Assembly: GCF_963921235.1 (NCBI RefSeq)
Contig: NC_086097.1
Span: forward strand, 167,030,001 to 167,094,000
Source of the DNA: Mobula hypostoma
Taxonomy: Eukaryota
Direction of reading: 5' to 3'
Length of the DNA stretch: 64,000 nucleotides
Shown here: piece after piece, positions 21,091 through 33,827 of the stretch
Layout: each line of letters starts with the position of its first letter
Numbering within the stretch: the first letter of the stretch is position 1
Notes under the pieces: model-generated
The model's input: the letters and a program-made list of their open reading frames with translations, nothing else
What the model was told of the DNA's origin: nothing
Databases searched by the model: none
Program-made: the position numbers and the translations under genes

Positions 21091-24000
21091 ACATTCCAAT
21101 ACAAACTATGTCACTTTATAGATTATATATGATGAGGAACTTTTTCATTAATATTGCTCAATTGATTAATTTCTTCTGCAAGTACCTACATATACTCGCA
21201 GCTAACTGAGAATGCACACACATTAGTGAAACTTCCAATCCTATTCAGACAGTAATTCATTGACTTCTTTCAGTGAATGCATTTGCCAGCCTTTACTCCA
21301 TTTCACTATAAAATTCACTGTAAATACAAGCCTTGAAATTTATGAGTTCATTTACATTGCACAGAACAAATACACTTCTCATTAAGCTGTACTTTCTCCC
21401 AGACTCCAAATGACCACAGTAAAATAAAGACTGTGTTGAAAATCCCGACCTAAAAACAAGATCAAACAAATGGTGCGATTATATCATCACAATCACATCA
21501 TTTCACATTCAGTGTTCAATGAATCTGGCATGGACAGGCAGGCTTATAAGAAATGGTTGAGCAATCTAGGCTTGTGTCTGCCAGAGTGAGCGGTTACTTA
21601 ATGAAAATACTGGATGCAGGACACTGAGGACTCATGACGAGTTGGATTTGGAAAGGGCGTTTCCACTTGTGGGAAAATCTAGAATTATGTAATGACCTTT
21701 TAAAAATAAGAGGTTGCTTAATGTTTTAAGACAAAGAAGATATTATGTTTCAGACATTTAATGAGGTGAAGGGCAGTCCAATTGAAAGGTCACTAGGTAT
21801 AGATGGAAAGGCAATAGTAAGCCGAAACGTCGACTGTACCTCTTCCTAGAGATGCTGCCTGGCCTGCTGCATTCACCAGCAACTTTTATTTCTAGCATTT
21901 TCCGTTTTTATTTCAGACTTTTGGCACCTTCAGTAATTTATTATGGTATTAATGCTCTGAAGTGGGCCTCCCATGGAAAACAACAATTGTTTAATAATGC
22001 AGGAGATATTTGAATGATTGAGTGTCAATTGCTCACTGCAGAAACAACCCAGGCAGTCTTCCTCCTCAGCTCCTTCCCCACCCAGTTGTGATGAAAAATC
22101 ATTAAAGTGAAACTTTTGAGCATTTTTCTCCCTACAGATGCTGACTGACACACTGTTTGTACCAAGCATCTTAACCTTTGCCTGAGATTTTTCATATCTG
22201 CTGTAGTTTGCTATTGTTTTTCCTCGTGTTTTTTCCACCACTGCACCCAGATATCATCCTTTAGTTACTATATTTACTTATTTCCCTTTCACTTGTAAAT
22301 ATCTGCAGCCCTCCAGTCCCTGACACCAGTCCCTGACACCAGTCCCTTATCCAATGTGAATTGAAGTATTGTAGCAGCAACTTCTCCTAATAGGACACAG
22401 ACTTCTTCCAGCAACCCTAATCTGGACCTCATGAAGCAAACTTTGATGTTGCCAATCTATTTTACAGCACCTTTCAATTTATCTTCTCCCCCCCCTATGT
22501 ATAATACTGCCATCCATCTCCTCTCTTGCAAGTTTAGTTTTGCCCTCTCCCTTTGTAAATAGTTCCAACATACTCATTCCACATTCTATACAAGATTGGC
22601 TCTTTTTATGTCACTGTTTGTTTCCACCAGTCATTAAATTACTCTCTGATATTTTATCCTTAATCATCCTAGCTTTGGATAGGGAAGAGTGATTTAGGCA
22701 GCAAAACATACTTTAGTCCCTCTTGACTACACCAGCTGTTTTCTCAAGTAAGTTTATTGATCTCTATAGATATTCATACAAAATGCAGCTGGGACCATAT
22801 CTATCACACATTTCATTCAATGGTACCCATGTAAACTCCAAGCAAAGGATAATAACCAGGTGCAGTATGAGACTCAAGGAAGCAGATGAGATCATACAAA
22901 TCCCTTACTAATTATATCATTGTATTATATAGACATTTAGGTGTTTTGTTCACATTACTCATATTGTAGGCTGATTTATTTCTGGTACATTTCCTTTGTA
23001 TCCTCCACACCAACCCCCAAGTGTTAGTTTATCTAAGTTTGGACTTGTCTCCAGCTGCAATGACCTGACTAACTGCAGAAAACATTGTCAGATATCTTCA
23101 GAACCAATTGACTTTCGGCTGCCCAAATGATATATTGCCAGGTTACAGTAAAAACTGTTGTTTAAATTGCCTCCCTAGGTTAATAAGGGAAGTGAAATGA
23201 TGTTCATAGCAGTGCAATTTAAACACTGCACACTCATTTAATGAGGTGAAGCTCAGTCAATTTGTTGCACATTTTTCAAAACGCTGCTTTTAATCTGTTT
23301 TCATATTTTACCAACAATGAAATGGTAAAACATATGGAGTGTATTTTAGAAAAGTTTAGAGTGCATTTTCTAAAATTAATATTCCCCAAATGTGGGAAGC
23401 TGCTTATACATTTTTGTAATATACACTGATTTATGGAAATCCATTCATACATCAGGATAAGTTAACTTGCCACAAGAACAATGAGAGAGGATCTTACTGC
23501 AATATATTATGGCTCTGAGGGAGTCTGACAAGTTTAATGTAGGGAAGAGATTTCCTTTGTGGTAATCTAGAACCAAAGGCTCAAAGTTTCAGAATAAAAG
23601 ATTTCCAGCATCTGCAGAATCTCTTGTGTTCAAAATAAGAGATGTGTCCATTTTGCATGGAGATTGGTAAAAGATCTTCTCTGAGTGTTGTGAATCTTTG
23701 GAATTCTATGCTCAAGTGAGCAGTAAAGGCTAAGTCACTGAAGTTATTTAAAGACAAGACAGACTGGTTACTGAATTCCTGGGAATCAGGGGTTATGGGG
23801 AGCAGTCAGGAAAGTGGAGTTGACCACAAACAGATTAGTCATGACTACTGAATGGAGCAGTATGACCGGCTTTTGCTTCTGTTTCATAAGCTGTCAAGGA
23901 TATTCACTGACAAATGGACCCACCTGGCACAGACCTAATGTTGGACATTCTACTGGATGCATTCTGAAGCTTAAGTCAGGTTTGGCCAGAATACATTTTT

Positions 24001-24349
24001 GTTCCATGTAATACTTCATTCTGAACTTTTGGAATCACAAGCTTCAATTTTAACCTGGGCCAACATTCCCAGCTGAGTTCCAGGCACTTTCAGTCTCCAG
24101 GCCTGAATTACCTTCTGGAATTAAAACCTGCAGAAGCCCAGCAGCAGGAGGCAAGAAACTGGCTAGCCGGAATTTGTGGACATTAGCCCCATTCAGCAGA
24201 CTGGGGTCCTAATCGGAATTAGCAAAAAACAGGAAAACCAAACAAAAACCAAATCAATGAAGTAACGCATCTCATTAACCTCTGACAAGACTCGCTCTTG
24301 ACAGGCATGAGACACTTCTGGTCAAACTGACGGCAGTAGCCACAGAGCA

Positions 24350-24562
24350 CTGGAGGAACTCAGCAGGTTAGGCAGGATCAGAGGAGGGAAATGAACAGTT
24401 GGCATTGCCATCTGAGACACTTCATCAGGACTATCTGAGATCTGATTAGGGGTTTTGGCCTGAAACATAGACTGTCCATTCCCCTCCATAGCTCGACTTG
24501 CTGAGTTCCTCCAGTATTTTGTATGCGTGCTCCAGATTTTCAGTGTCTGCAGAATCTCGTGT
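24350..24562. mobile_element. Degenerate fold-back PLE pLTR pair
   Basis: ctggaggaactcagca...ttcatcaggac followed by ggcctgaaacatagactg...tgctgagttcctccag (inverted copies). Confidence 0.6.
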
Positions 24563-25584
24563 CCAGCAAGACCAACATTAATGTTGAAAATCCAGTTGCA
24601 AACTGTCTGAGATGACAGGACTCAGTTTTGAATTATAATGTCTAAACCTCTTCACGTTAAAGTCCTTAAACCTTTCCACCAGTAGGCCCACAGAACCCCA
24701 GTGCACAGGCATAAAGCAGGGTGTTTCACCCATCTTACTAACAAATCTCACAAAGCATGCCAGTGATATTAAATCTGATTCTGCCTCTGCCTCCTGCCTT
24801 GTCACCACATGGCCTGTTCTTGGAAGATAAAATCAATTGCTTCTTACAGCCAATGCAGACCAATCAGACCATGTGACCTCTGTGCCAATTCACTGACAGG
24901 CTTAATCCCATTTTCCTGCTTCTGAGGACGAATGTAGTACTAGATATCAAACCTGACTGTCTATCACAAGTCATTGAACCAACTTGCTTCCAATTTTCCT
25001 CAGTGACCGTAACAGATATTTCATGCTGTAAGTTCGTGACAATATTTTGCAGGATTTAAGTCATCAGCTTGATAGAACCAGCAGAGAGTAGGTTTCATCA
25101 CAGAATCACAGAGTCCATACAGTACAGAAATTCAGCCAGTCAAATCTGTACGATCACTGCAAAATTCAGCTGATCCCACATCCCAAGCTTTCCCTACAGC
25201 CCAGAAATTCTTTTTTGTTCTTTTCAGATACTTATCCACTTTCATTTAAATGGTACAATTGCATCAGCCTCCCCTGTTTCCACTGGCAGTGCATTCTCGT
25301 CCTGAACCATCTGCTGTATATATTAAAGAAATACTCCATTAAATTTAGTGTCACTCTTGACAGAAGTACTGAATGAATGTCAAGAACAACCCCTGGCTAG
25401 GGTTAATGAGATCATTAACTCGCACCCCCCCCCCGCCATTTTTTGCTCTTCCCAGTCAGACCTCAATTGAAAAACTCTTCACCTTCATTATTTTCTTGTG
25501 AATTTTTGATCCTTTCACCAATAGGAACAGCTTCAATCTATCTACAGCATAAGCTCTTCATGATTATGAATATGCTTATGTCAT

Positions 25585-26422
25585 GCTCACTTAATGTAAA
25601 CAACACCAGAAAGCTGGTTATTGACTTTAAGAGCAGGAGACCAGAGGTCCATGAGCCAGTCCTCATGGGGGATCAGATGTGGAGCAGGCCAGCAACTATA
25701 AATTCCTGTTATCATTTCAGAGGATCTGTCCTGGGCCCAGCACACAAGTGTAATTACAAAAAAGCACCACAGCACCTCTACTTTCTTCAGAGCTTTTGAA
25801 GATTCGGCGTAACATCTAAAACTTTGACAAACTTCTATAGATGTGTGATGGAGTGTATTGATTGGCTGCATCACAGCCCATCATAGAAACATCAATGCCC
25901 TTTAACAGAAAATCCCACAAAAAGTAGTAGATACAGCCCAGTCCATCGGGGTAAAACCCTCCCCACCATTGGGCACATCTACATAGAGTGCTGTCACAGG
26001 ACAGCAGCATCCATCATCAGGGAACCCCATCACCAAGGACATGCTCTCTTCTCACTGCTGCCATCAGGTAGATGATACAGAAGCCTCAGGATCTGCACCA
26101 CCAGGTCAGGAACAAACTACTACCCTTTAACCATCAGGCTCCTGAACCAGAGGGGATAAATTCACTCAACTTCACTCGCCCCATCACTAAACTGTTCCCA
26201 CAAACGATAGACTCATGTTCTCAATATTAATTGTTTGTTTATTTATTTAAATGTTTGCATTTACACAGTTTATTGTCGTTCACACATCAGCTATTTGTCC
26301 TTTTGGGAGGTCTTTTACTGATTCTATTATGTTTCCTGGTTTTACTGTGAATGCCTGCAAGAAAATGAATTTCAGGTTTGTATATGATGACATAAATGTA
26401 CTTTGACAATAAACTCACTTTG
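25585..26422 (+). mobile_element. Rex1/Babar LINE 3' fragment
   Basis: SLNV..T.KLVIDF...HEPV, KKA.Q.LYFL and LFSLLPSG motifs. Tail tgacaataaactcactttgaa. Confidence 0.85.
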
Positions 26423-27499
26423 AATACCCCAAACAGATCCCTTCAAAGCCTCCTCTGCCAAAGGGAAATAATCCATCTTTTTTAATCTATTTCAACAAAC
26501 ACAAAATGCAAGGGAAACTCAGCAGGTCAGGTGGCATCTATGGAGAGGAATCAACAGTCAACATTTCAGGCCAAGACCCTTCATCAGGGACTTGCTCTGG
26601 ATAACCGGTATCTACAGAACGTTGTGTTTATGTTCTATGGTTTTTCTTCCAAAATGCAGCTAAACCATTGGATTATAATGAATCATCCTTTCTGTTGCCT
26701 TCTATGCCACTTTAGGTCCAAATATTTTTAACAACTTTCTCAACCTGTTCTGTTGTCTTCAATAAACAATGCTCCTCACAATGCACACGTACTCCTCAGC
26801 AACATTTTCACTTGCTCCACCATACACTTCCCTCCAGTCCAAAGAATATCCATTCACTACTCTTCTCTGATTCAGGCTACCTATCCATCTTGGGTAGAGC
26901 CCCTTCTAATATACACTCTTTAATCTTGATGACAAGCCTACGATTTGGCATTTTGTCAACACCTTTTAGAAGTCAGTGTACACTATGTCAAACTTATTTC
27001 CTTCAGCTTGAACAACTCCCACTATACTTCTTCATAAAACTTTATCTGTTTAGTTAGGTACAATTTACCTTTAACAAATCCATGCTAGCTTTCTCCAATC
27101 AATTCACACTTAACTAATTGACTGCTAAATCAGTCTTTAAAAGGAAGCAAGGCTTCAGAGAGGAATTTCCACTCAAGGCAGTTGAAAAATACCTCAGTGA
27201 GCATTTCAGTTGCCAAGGCATAGAAGGCTACAGAGGAGGTACTGGTGAATGGGATTAGGATAGATAGGTAATCAATGACCAGCATGAACAATGTGGGCCA
27301 AAGTGGCTCTGCAAGTCTATGGCATTTCTCCAAACCCTCTAGGAAATAATTATCCACAAATATAAGGCACATTTGAAAATGTCTGCTCTCCAAATAAGTC
27401 CCAAACTGTTTAGTTCTTTTGTTCCTAGAACTCAAAGGTACTCTTCCTTTGTGTCCAGCAGGAAATGTAAATACATCCAAGGAGATGAAAACTGTGGAT

Positions 27500-28070
27500 G
27501 GGTGATAAAGCTGTATGCCACTCCACATTCCACTAGCACCTCCAACCTCCCAAAGCCTTACAAGTTAGCAGTTCGATGGAAAATTCCCCACAACTGGGGT
27601 GAGAGTGCCACTCCAACAGTGCTAAGGACTCATGGCACCAATCCAAACCAAAGCAACTTACTGGAGCGGCAGTCCATCCACCATTGTTCAGCACACCATG
27701 ACTATCATAGTTTGTCTCATCTGCAAATGTCACTGCCATTGTTCGCTGAGGTTTCTCCAACAGCGCCTCCCACAACTCGTGAGCTGTGCCAACATGAACA
27801 GGCACCAACAGTCTCCAGAATTATGTTTACCCAATGAACTTGCGGGTCACACCACCACCTGCAGGTTCCCTCCAAGTCAAACACCATCCTGACTTGGAAA
27901 TGTATCACCAGCCCCTCATCAGTGCTTGGTCTAAACCCTGAAAACTTCTTCTCAAAGGCACTTAAAAGTGCAAGGACTTCCACCAGAAGGACTGAAGCAA
28001 CTCAAGAAGACAGCTCATCTCTACCTTTCCGAGAGCAACTAAGTACAGGCAGAACTCACACCCAACAAAT
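27500..28070 (+). mobile_element. Old CR1-group LINE 3' fragment
   Basis: Frameshifted YK..VR..ME.SP..W....T.L....IQ.KA thumb motif, then a caccaccacctgcaggttccctccaagtca..ccatcctgacttggaa 3' segment. Confidence 0.55.
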
Positions 28071-28135
28071 GAATATGGATGTTTGGAACTTAACTCTCAA
28101 GTGGGGTTTAAGAGGAAAGCTGCACTGAAATGAAT

Positions 28136-28705
28136 ACACATTTTAATTCCACATCCCATTCCCATTCTGATATGTCTATCCACAGCCTCCTCTACTGTAA
28201 AGATGAAGCCACACTCAGGTTGGAGGAACAACACCTTATATTCCGTCTGGGTAGCCTCCAACCTGATGGCATGAACATCAACTTCTCTAACTTCCGCTAA
28301 TGTCCCACCTCCCCCTCGTACCTCATCTATTATTTATTTATATACACACATTCTTTCTCTCTCTCTCCTTTTTCTCCCTCTGTCCCTCTCACTATACCCC
28401 TTGCCCATCCTCTGGGTTTTTCTCCCCCTCCCCCCTTTTCTTTCTCCCTGGGCCTCCTGTCCCATGATCCTCTCATATCCCTTTTGCCAATCACCTGTCC
28501 AGCTCTTGGCTCCATCCCTCCCCCTCCTGTCTTATCCTATCATTTTGGATCTCCCCCTCCCCCTCCCCCTCCCACTTTCAAATCTCTTACTAGCTCTTCC
28601 TTCAGTTAGTCCTGACGAAGGGTCTCGGCCCGAAACATCGACCGTACCTCTTCCTAGAGATGCTGCCTGGCCTGCTGCATTCACCAGCAACTTTGATGTG
28701 TGTTG
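28136..28705 (+). mobile_element. 5'-truncated Penelope-like element: GIY-YIG C-terminus, 3' UTR, pLTR
   Basis: 28136-28300 translates THFNSTSHSHSDMSIHSLLYCKDEATLRLEEQHLIFRLGSLQPDGMNINFSNFR*. Exact 11-bp TSD ctgaaatgaat at 28125-28135 and 28706-28716. Confidence 0.88.
28609..28642 (+). ncRNA. Minimal type I hammerhead ribozyme motif
   Basis: gtc-CTGACGA-a-gggt(ctcg)gccc-GAAA-c-ATC-gac: both core boxes, stem II, a short stem I and an NUH triplet are present. The stem III palindrome ACGT has decayed to ACAT. Confidence 0.7.
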
Positions 28706-29757
28706 CTGAAATGAATGGAGTAGCTCTAATGAGAGAGACAGCCTCCCTCTCTTGACCAAGGACAATGCTATAGCACAAAAGCTGGCTTTTCTCTACCATC
28801 ATGTGGAGGATAGTGCTTTCACAGCATTCTGCCTAGAATTTGAGATTTGATCCAGTGTGCAGTTGACTCATTCAAACTCTCTGCAATAAGAAGTGTGGTC
28901 CCCTTATGGAGACTAAAGTTGCCTACAATATTCCAAATGCAATCTGACCAACACCTTCTAAAGCCACGGTGATGTTGGAAGGTCTAGCATACTCACTCTG
29001 GCCAATATAAAACATTGCACCATCCTGAAATAATAACAAGGGAGTTACTCCTGGTGACATAAGTGACTGTCGTTGCTGGAAATCTACAGCAGCACACACA
29101 AAATGCTGGAGGAACTCAACAGGTCAGGCAGCATCTATGGTGGGAGAATTCCTCTAAAATCACTAAAACAATTCCCTAGTCATTGCAATTTGTAGGAACT
29201 TACTATGCCCAAGCTATATCCTAGGTTTCTGACATTACATCAATCATTTGCTGCAAAATGATGTGAAGTCCTGAGGCTATGATGGATACTTAAGGTAATG
29301 CAATTGCTTACCATATAACTTCCAGCTAATTTTGTGCAAAAGATTTGGGAGACAGGTTAAGCAGGAAGTTAAAATGTTAGGTCATCACAAGTAAACTGTG
29401 TCTTTACTTGATCAGATTGCCAAATAATTCCAGGCACCAAGACAAAAAGTTCCTGCCAAAGAGGAAAGAAGCCAATAAATATTTCATCTGAAGCTAATAA
29501 GACAAATTCAACCTCCAGCAATTGTGTGTACACAATGGAATTGCTGGTCATACTACACCAGGTTTATCTCATTGTTAACATCTGTACAATCCAGGGAAGA
29601 TTTCCTGTGTATTGTTTGCACCAATGTGATTAGAATTATTACACTAGCATTTACTGTATGACTTCACTGAGTAGCAATCAATGCGAATCTTCCATTTGTA
29701 TCAATTAAGTCATAGGCTGGTTGTTGCATTTCCTCGCGTAGCAAATGGAAAATGAAT

Positions 29758-30650
29758 CCATAAGACCATAAAATACAGAAGCAGAATTAGACCATTCAGA
29801 CCATCAAGTCAATGAGTACATTTACATGGAGCACTGCTACAAGAAAGTGGTGCCCACCAAAGATCCCCACCATCCAGGCCATGCCCTCTTCTCATCACTA
29901 ACATTTGGTAAGAGGTCCCATACCACCAGGTTCATTACAACCATCAGGCTCCTGAACTGGCGTGGATAACTTCACCTACATCTCCAAACTGATTCTGTGA
30001 CCTACAGACTCACTTTCAAAGACACGTTTACAACTCATGTTCTCAGTATTTTTATTATTTGCAGTTTGTCTTCCTTAGCACCCTGATTGTCAGACATTAT
30101 TTATTCATTTTATATAATTTTGCTGTATGTCTTTATTTTTCCTATAAATGCAGGCAAGAAAATGAATCTCAAGTTAATACATATGTACTTGGATAATAAA
30201 TTTACTTTGAACTCCGCTCTGTCATTCAATCATGGCTGATTTTTCCCAATTTCCTGCCCTTTCCCTGTACCTTGTAGCCTATTTAACAATCAAGAACCTA
30301 AATATGTGTCTTCAATACACCAATCACTTGGCTTCCTCAGCGGCAACAAATTCACCTCCCTCTAACTGAAGAAATTTCTTATATCAGTTTTAAAGGGATG
30401 TCCTTAATTCTGAGGCTGTGCCCTTGGAGCGGAGGCCCTCCAACTAATGGAAACTCTGTGTCTACTCTACTCAGGCCTTACAATATTTGATAGGCCTCAA
30501 TGAGAATCCTCCCTCCTTTCTTTCAGAACTCCAAGTATGGGCCCGAGCCACCATATGTTAAGCCTTTCATTCCATAGATCATTCTTGTAAAACTTCTTTA
30601 GACCCTCTCCAGGGCCAGGTATGGAAACCCAAAATTGCTCACAACATTTC
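29758..30650 (-). mobile_element. CR1 3' fragment with a plus-strand Rex1 3' fragment (about 29812-30212) inserted in its 3' UTR
   Basis: cataagaccataa tail. The UTR breaks at ..ccatcaagtc and resumes tccgctctgtcattcaatcatggctga. The insert has the DPHHPGHALFS motif. Confidence 0.7.
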
Positions 30651-31017
30651 AAGTAATTCACAATTACCCAATTTAGACCACACAATGAAAAATTCAGAGT
30701 GTTTTGTAGAACACAATTACAACCAAGTTGAAATGGCTTATGCACTTGAGATAATTTGCAAACCAATATCCTCTTCTTCCTGAAGACGTCCCTTGTCTGA
30801 CTTAGCTTAATAATTGCAAATATTTGGCAAGACTGTTTTCATCATTTTGTTAGAAACAGACTGTTCACAGTTTATTATAAGGAGTACTGCAGTCAGAGTT
30901 TCCCATCTGCTTCAAAAGGGCATCAATCATATTGGTGTCCAAGAAAGGCAGAGTGAGTTGCCTCAACTATTGCCCAGTGATACTCAAATCTACTGTGAGG
31001 GAGCACTAGGAGAGGTT

Positions 31018-31514
31018 ACACACATAAAAGTTGTTGGTGAACGCAGCAGGCCAGGCAGCATCTCTAGGAAGAGGTACAGTCGATGTTTTGGGCCGAGACC
31101 CTTCGTCAGGACTAACTGAAAGAAGAGCTAGTAAGAAATTTTAAAGTGGAAGGAGGAAGGGTGATCCAAAATGATAGGAGAAGACAGGAAGAGGAGGGAT
31201 GGAGCTAAGAGCTGGACAGTTGATTGGCAAAAGGGATATGAGAGGATCATGCGACGTGAGGCTGAGGGAGAAAGAAAGGGGGAGAGGGGAAGCCCAGAGG
31301 ATGGGCAAGGATTATAGTGAGAGGGACAGTGGGAGAAAAAGGAGAGAGAGAAAAAGTGTGTGTATGTATGTATATATAAATAAATAATGGATGGGGTACG
31401 AGGGGGAGGTGGGGCATTAATGGAAGTTAGAGAAGTCAGTGTTCATGCCATCAGGTTGGAGACTACCCAGACGGAATATAAGGTGTTATTCCTCCAACCT
31501 GAGTGTGGTTTCAT
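31018..31514 (-). mobile_element. Penelope-like element 3' fragment, same subfamily as 28136-28705
   Basis: Reverse complement of most of the 28136-28705 element. Its hammerhead motif at about 31077-31115 has GAAA changed to AAAA. Confidence 0.88.
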
Positions 31515-31519
31515 GGCTG

Positions 31520-31715
31520 GAATTAAATCCTGCCTAAACAAGGGCATGGACCCACTGCAGTCTGCCTACCACCACAACATATAATCACACTGGCTCTCCA
31601 TTTGGCCAAGGACCACTCGAATAACAGCACTATCCACACAAGGTGCTGCTTTTTAATTATAGCTGAGCGTTCAATAACATCACCCCTTCAGTACTAGTCA
31701 ATAAGCTCCAAAAGT
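31520..31715 (+). mobile_element. Rex1/Babar RT fragment
   Basis: MDPLQ.AY, ALH...DH and F.YS.AFN.I.PS.L..KL motifs across frameshifts. Confidence 0.65.
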
Positions 31716-31719
31716 TATT

Positions 31720-32840
31720 AAAACTTTAGAAAGAGGAGAAATAAAATCAGAATGTGCCGAATCATTGTGGATAGCACTAAGAACTGCAAAGGTAAAGTGA
31801 CCCTGAGAGGTGTTGTATACAGACACCCAAATATTAGTAAGGATGTGGCCAACAAATTACAATAGGAGATAGAAAATTCATGCCAAAAGGGCAATGTTAC
31901 AACAGTCATGGTGGACTTCAATATGCAGGTAGATTGGGAAAATCAAATTGGTTCTGGATTCCTTGGGGGGGGGTGGAGCAGTTCTATAGTGCCTACGAGA
32001 TAGCTTTTTAGAGCAGCTTGTGGTTAAGCCCACTAGGGAATCAGCTATTCTGGATCAGGTGTTGTACAGTGAAGAATTGATTAGAGATCTTAAGGTAAAT
32101 GAACCTTTAGGGGAAAGTGATCATAATATGATAGAATTAACCCTGAAAACTAAAATCAGTTGTATCAGTATTACAGTGGCAGTAGAGTAAAGGGAATTAA
32201 AGAGGCATGAGAGAGGAGTTGGCCAGAATTAATTGGAAAAGAACACTGTCAGGGATGACAGCAGAGTAGCAATTGCTGGTGTTTCTGGAAATAATTCGGA
32301 AGGTACAGGATATATACATCCTGAAGAGGAGGAAATATTCTAAAGGAAAGATGACACAACCGTGGCTAACAAGAGAAGTCAAAACCAATATAAAAGCAAA
32401 AGTGAGGACATATAATAGAGCAAAACTTAGTGGGAAGTTAGAGGATTGGAAAGCATTTAAAAACCAACAGAAGGTAACTAAAAATGTCATTAAGGTAAAG
32501 ATGGAATACAAAAGTTATCTAATAATAATAACAATAGAGGATACCAGAAGTTTTTTCAGATACATAAAGTATAAAATTTAGGCAAGATTGGATATCTGAC
32601 AGCTGGTAGACTATGCTGGAGAGTAGCAATAGGGCACATAGAAATGGCAGAAGAAATGAATAAGTATTTTGCACCAGTCTTCACTGTGGAAGACACCAGC
32701 ACAATGGTGGAAATTCCAAGTGTCAGGGGTCATGAAGTGTGTGAAGTTACCATAACTAGAGAGAAGGTTCTTGGAAAACTGAAAGGTCCAAAGGTAGATG
32801 AGTCACCTGGACCAGATGGTGTACACCCAGAGTTCTGAAA
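31720..32840 (+). mobile_element. CR1 ORF2 endonuclease C-terminus and linker fragment
   Basis: VVYR.P, VM.DFN..VDW, FLEQLV..PTR..AILD, EPLG.SDHNMIE, PWLTREVK, MAEEMNKYFA.VFT.ED and SPGPDGVHP motifs. Confidence 0.85.
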
Positions 32841-33269
32841 GACAGTCAACCTGCGCAGCAGCTTTGATTGTCCTATGGACTCGGACAGCAAGACCCTCTA
32901 AACCTCCACACTGCCAAGAGTCTTACCATTAATACGGCATTCTGCCATCATATTTGACCTACCTTTCTTTTGATTTCTTTGTCCTTGTGCCTAGTGTATT
33001 TGACCTCCTGACCTCACACTAAAAATATTAAATTTATGTAGAACATTACATTGGGTTAAAAGCTGTCCCCAATTTATGAATTCTTAACCCATAGATACCC
33101 ATGAATATAATGCTGTATAATATTATTACATTGAAAAATAGACCATTTGTTAATTTCTATGCATGGAAAAATTAACTTCATCTCTCCACTTTTAGTTATT
33201 GTTCTTTCTTATCAGTCTATTGAGTCAATGTGCCTGTTTCTACTATGTGCCTCTGCAACTCTGTGACCA

Positions 33270-33700
33270 AGAGTAACATTCTGGAGTGCAACAGAACATA
33301 AGAAATAGCTAACGACATCTAACAATTAAAATCTATAGAGCGCTTTATTCAAATATCAGTCTACTTTGTGATATGAAGTCATAGTCCAAGATATTTCAGG
33401 CCGCCACACATGAACTGTTCAATGGAGCCAAACACTACCCAATGCAACCTGGATGACCCATTGATCATTATTGGCACAGAGGAGAAAAATCTCCGGATAC
33501 TGGGAGAGTTATTTAAGAGACTTCCTGGGCTTGACATTAGGATCAAGGTAAACAAATGAATGTTTGTGTAGAAGAAAGTGGTTTATTTAGGTCTGAGTGT
33601 GGAAGTAAATAGTCAACAACCGGCCAAGGAAAATGTTGAGGTAATTGTTCAAATGAAAAATTTGAGAATGCTTGTAATATTCATCTTGCTGAGAAATAGT
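33270..33700 (+). mobile_element. Decayed Ty3/Gypsy reverse transcriptase fragment
   Basis: 33437-33658 translates TQCNLDDPLIIIGTEEKNLRILGELFKRLPGLDIRIKVNK*MFV*KKVVYLGLSVEVNSQQPAKENVEVIVQMK. The upstream frame gives MKS*SKIFQAATHELFNG. Confidence 0.65.
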
Positions 33701-33827
33701 GCACCATTAGGTCTGGTTGTGCTGTGTGTTGCTGATCAGTGGTGAATGATGAAGGTGGGGAAGGAACAACACACAACCTTTGTGAGAGTCTTGGTCACAA
33801 GTTAGGATCAGTAAGGAAGACCGAGAG

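Noticed and set aside
22313..22347. 13-bp tandem duplication (ccagtccctgaca, about 2.7 copies)
   Set aside because: Ordinary slippage product.
27373..27837. 154-aa ORF as a host gene
   Set aside because: It overlaps a frameshifted CR1-group relic and has no recognisable domain.
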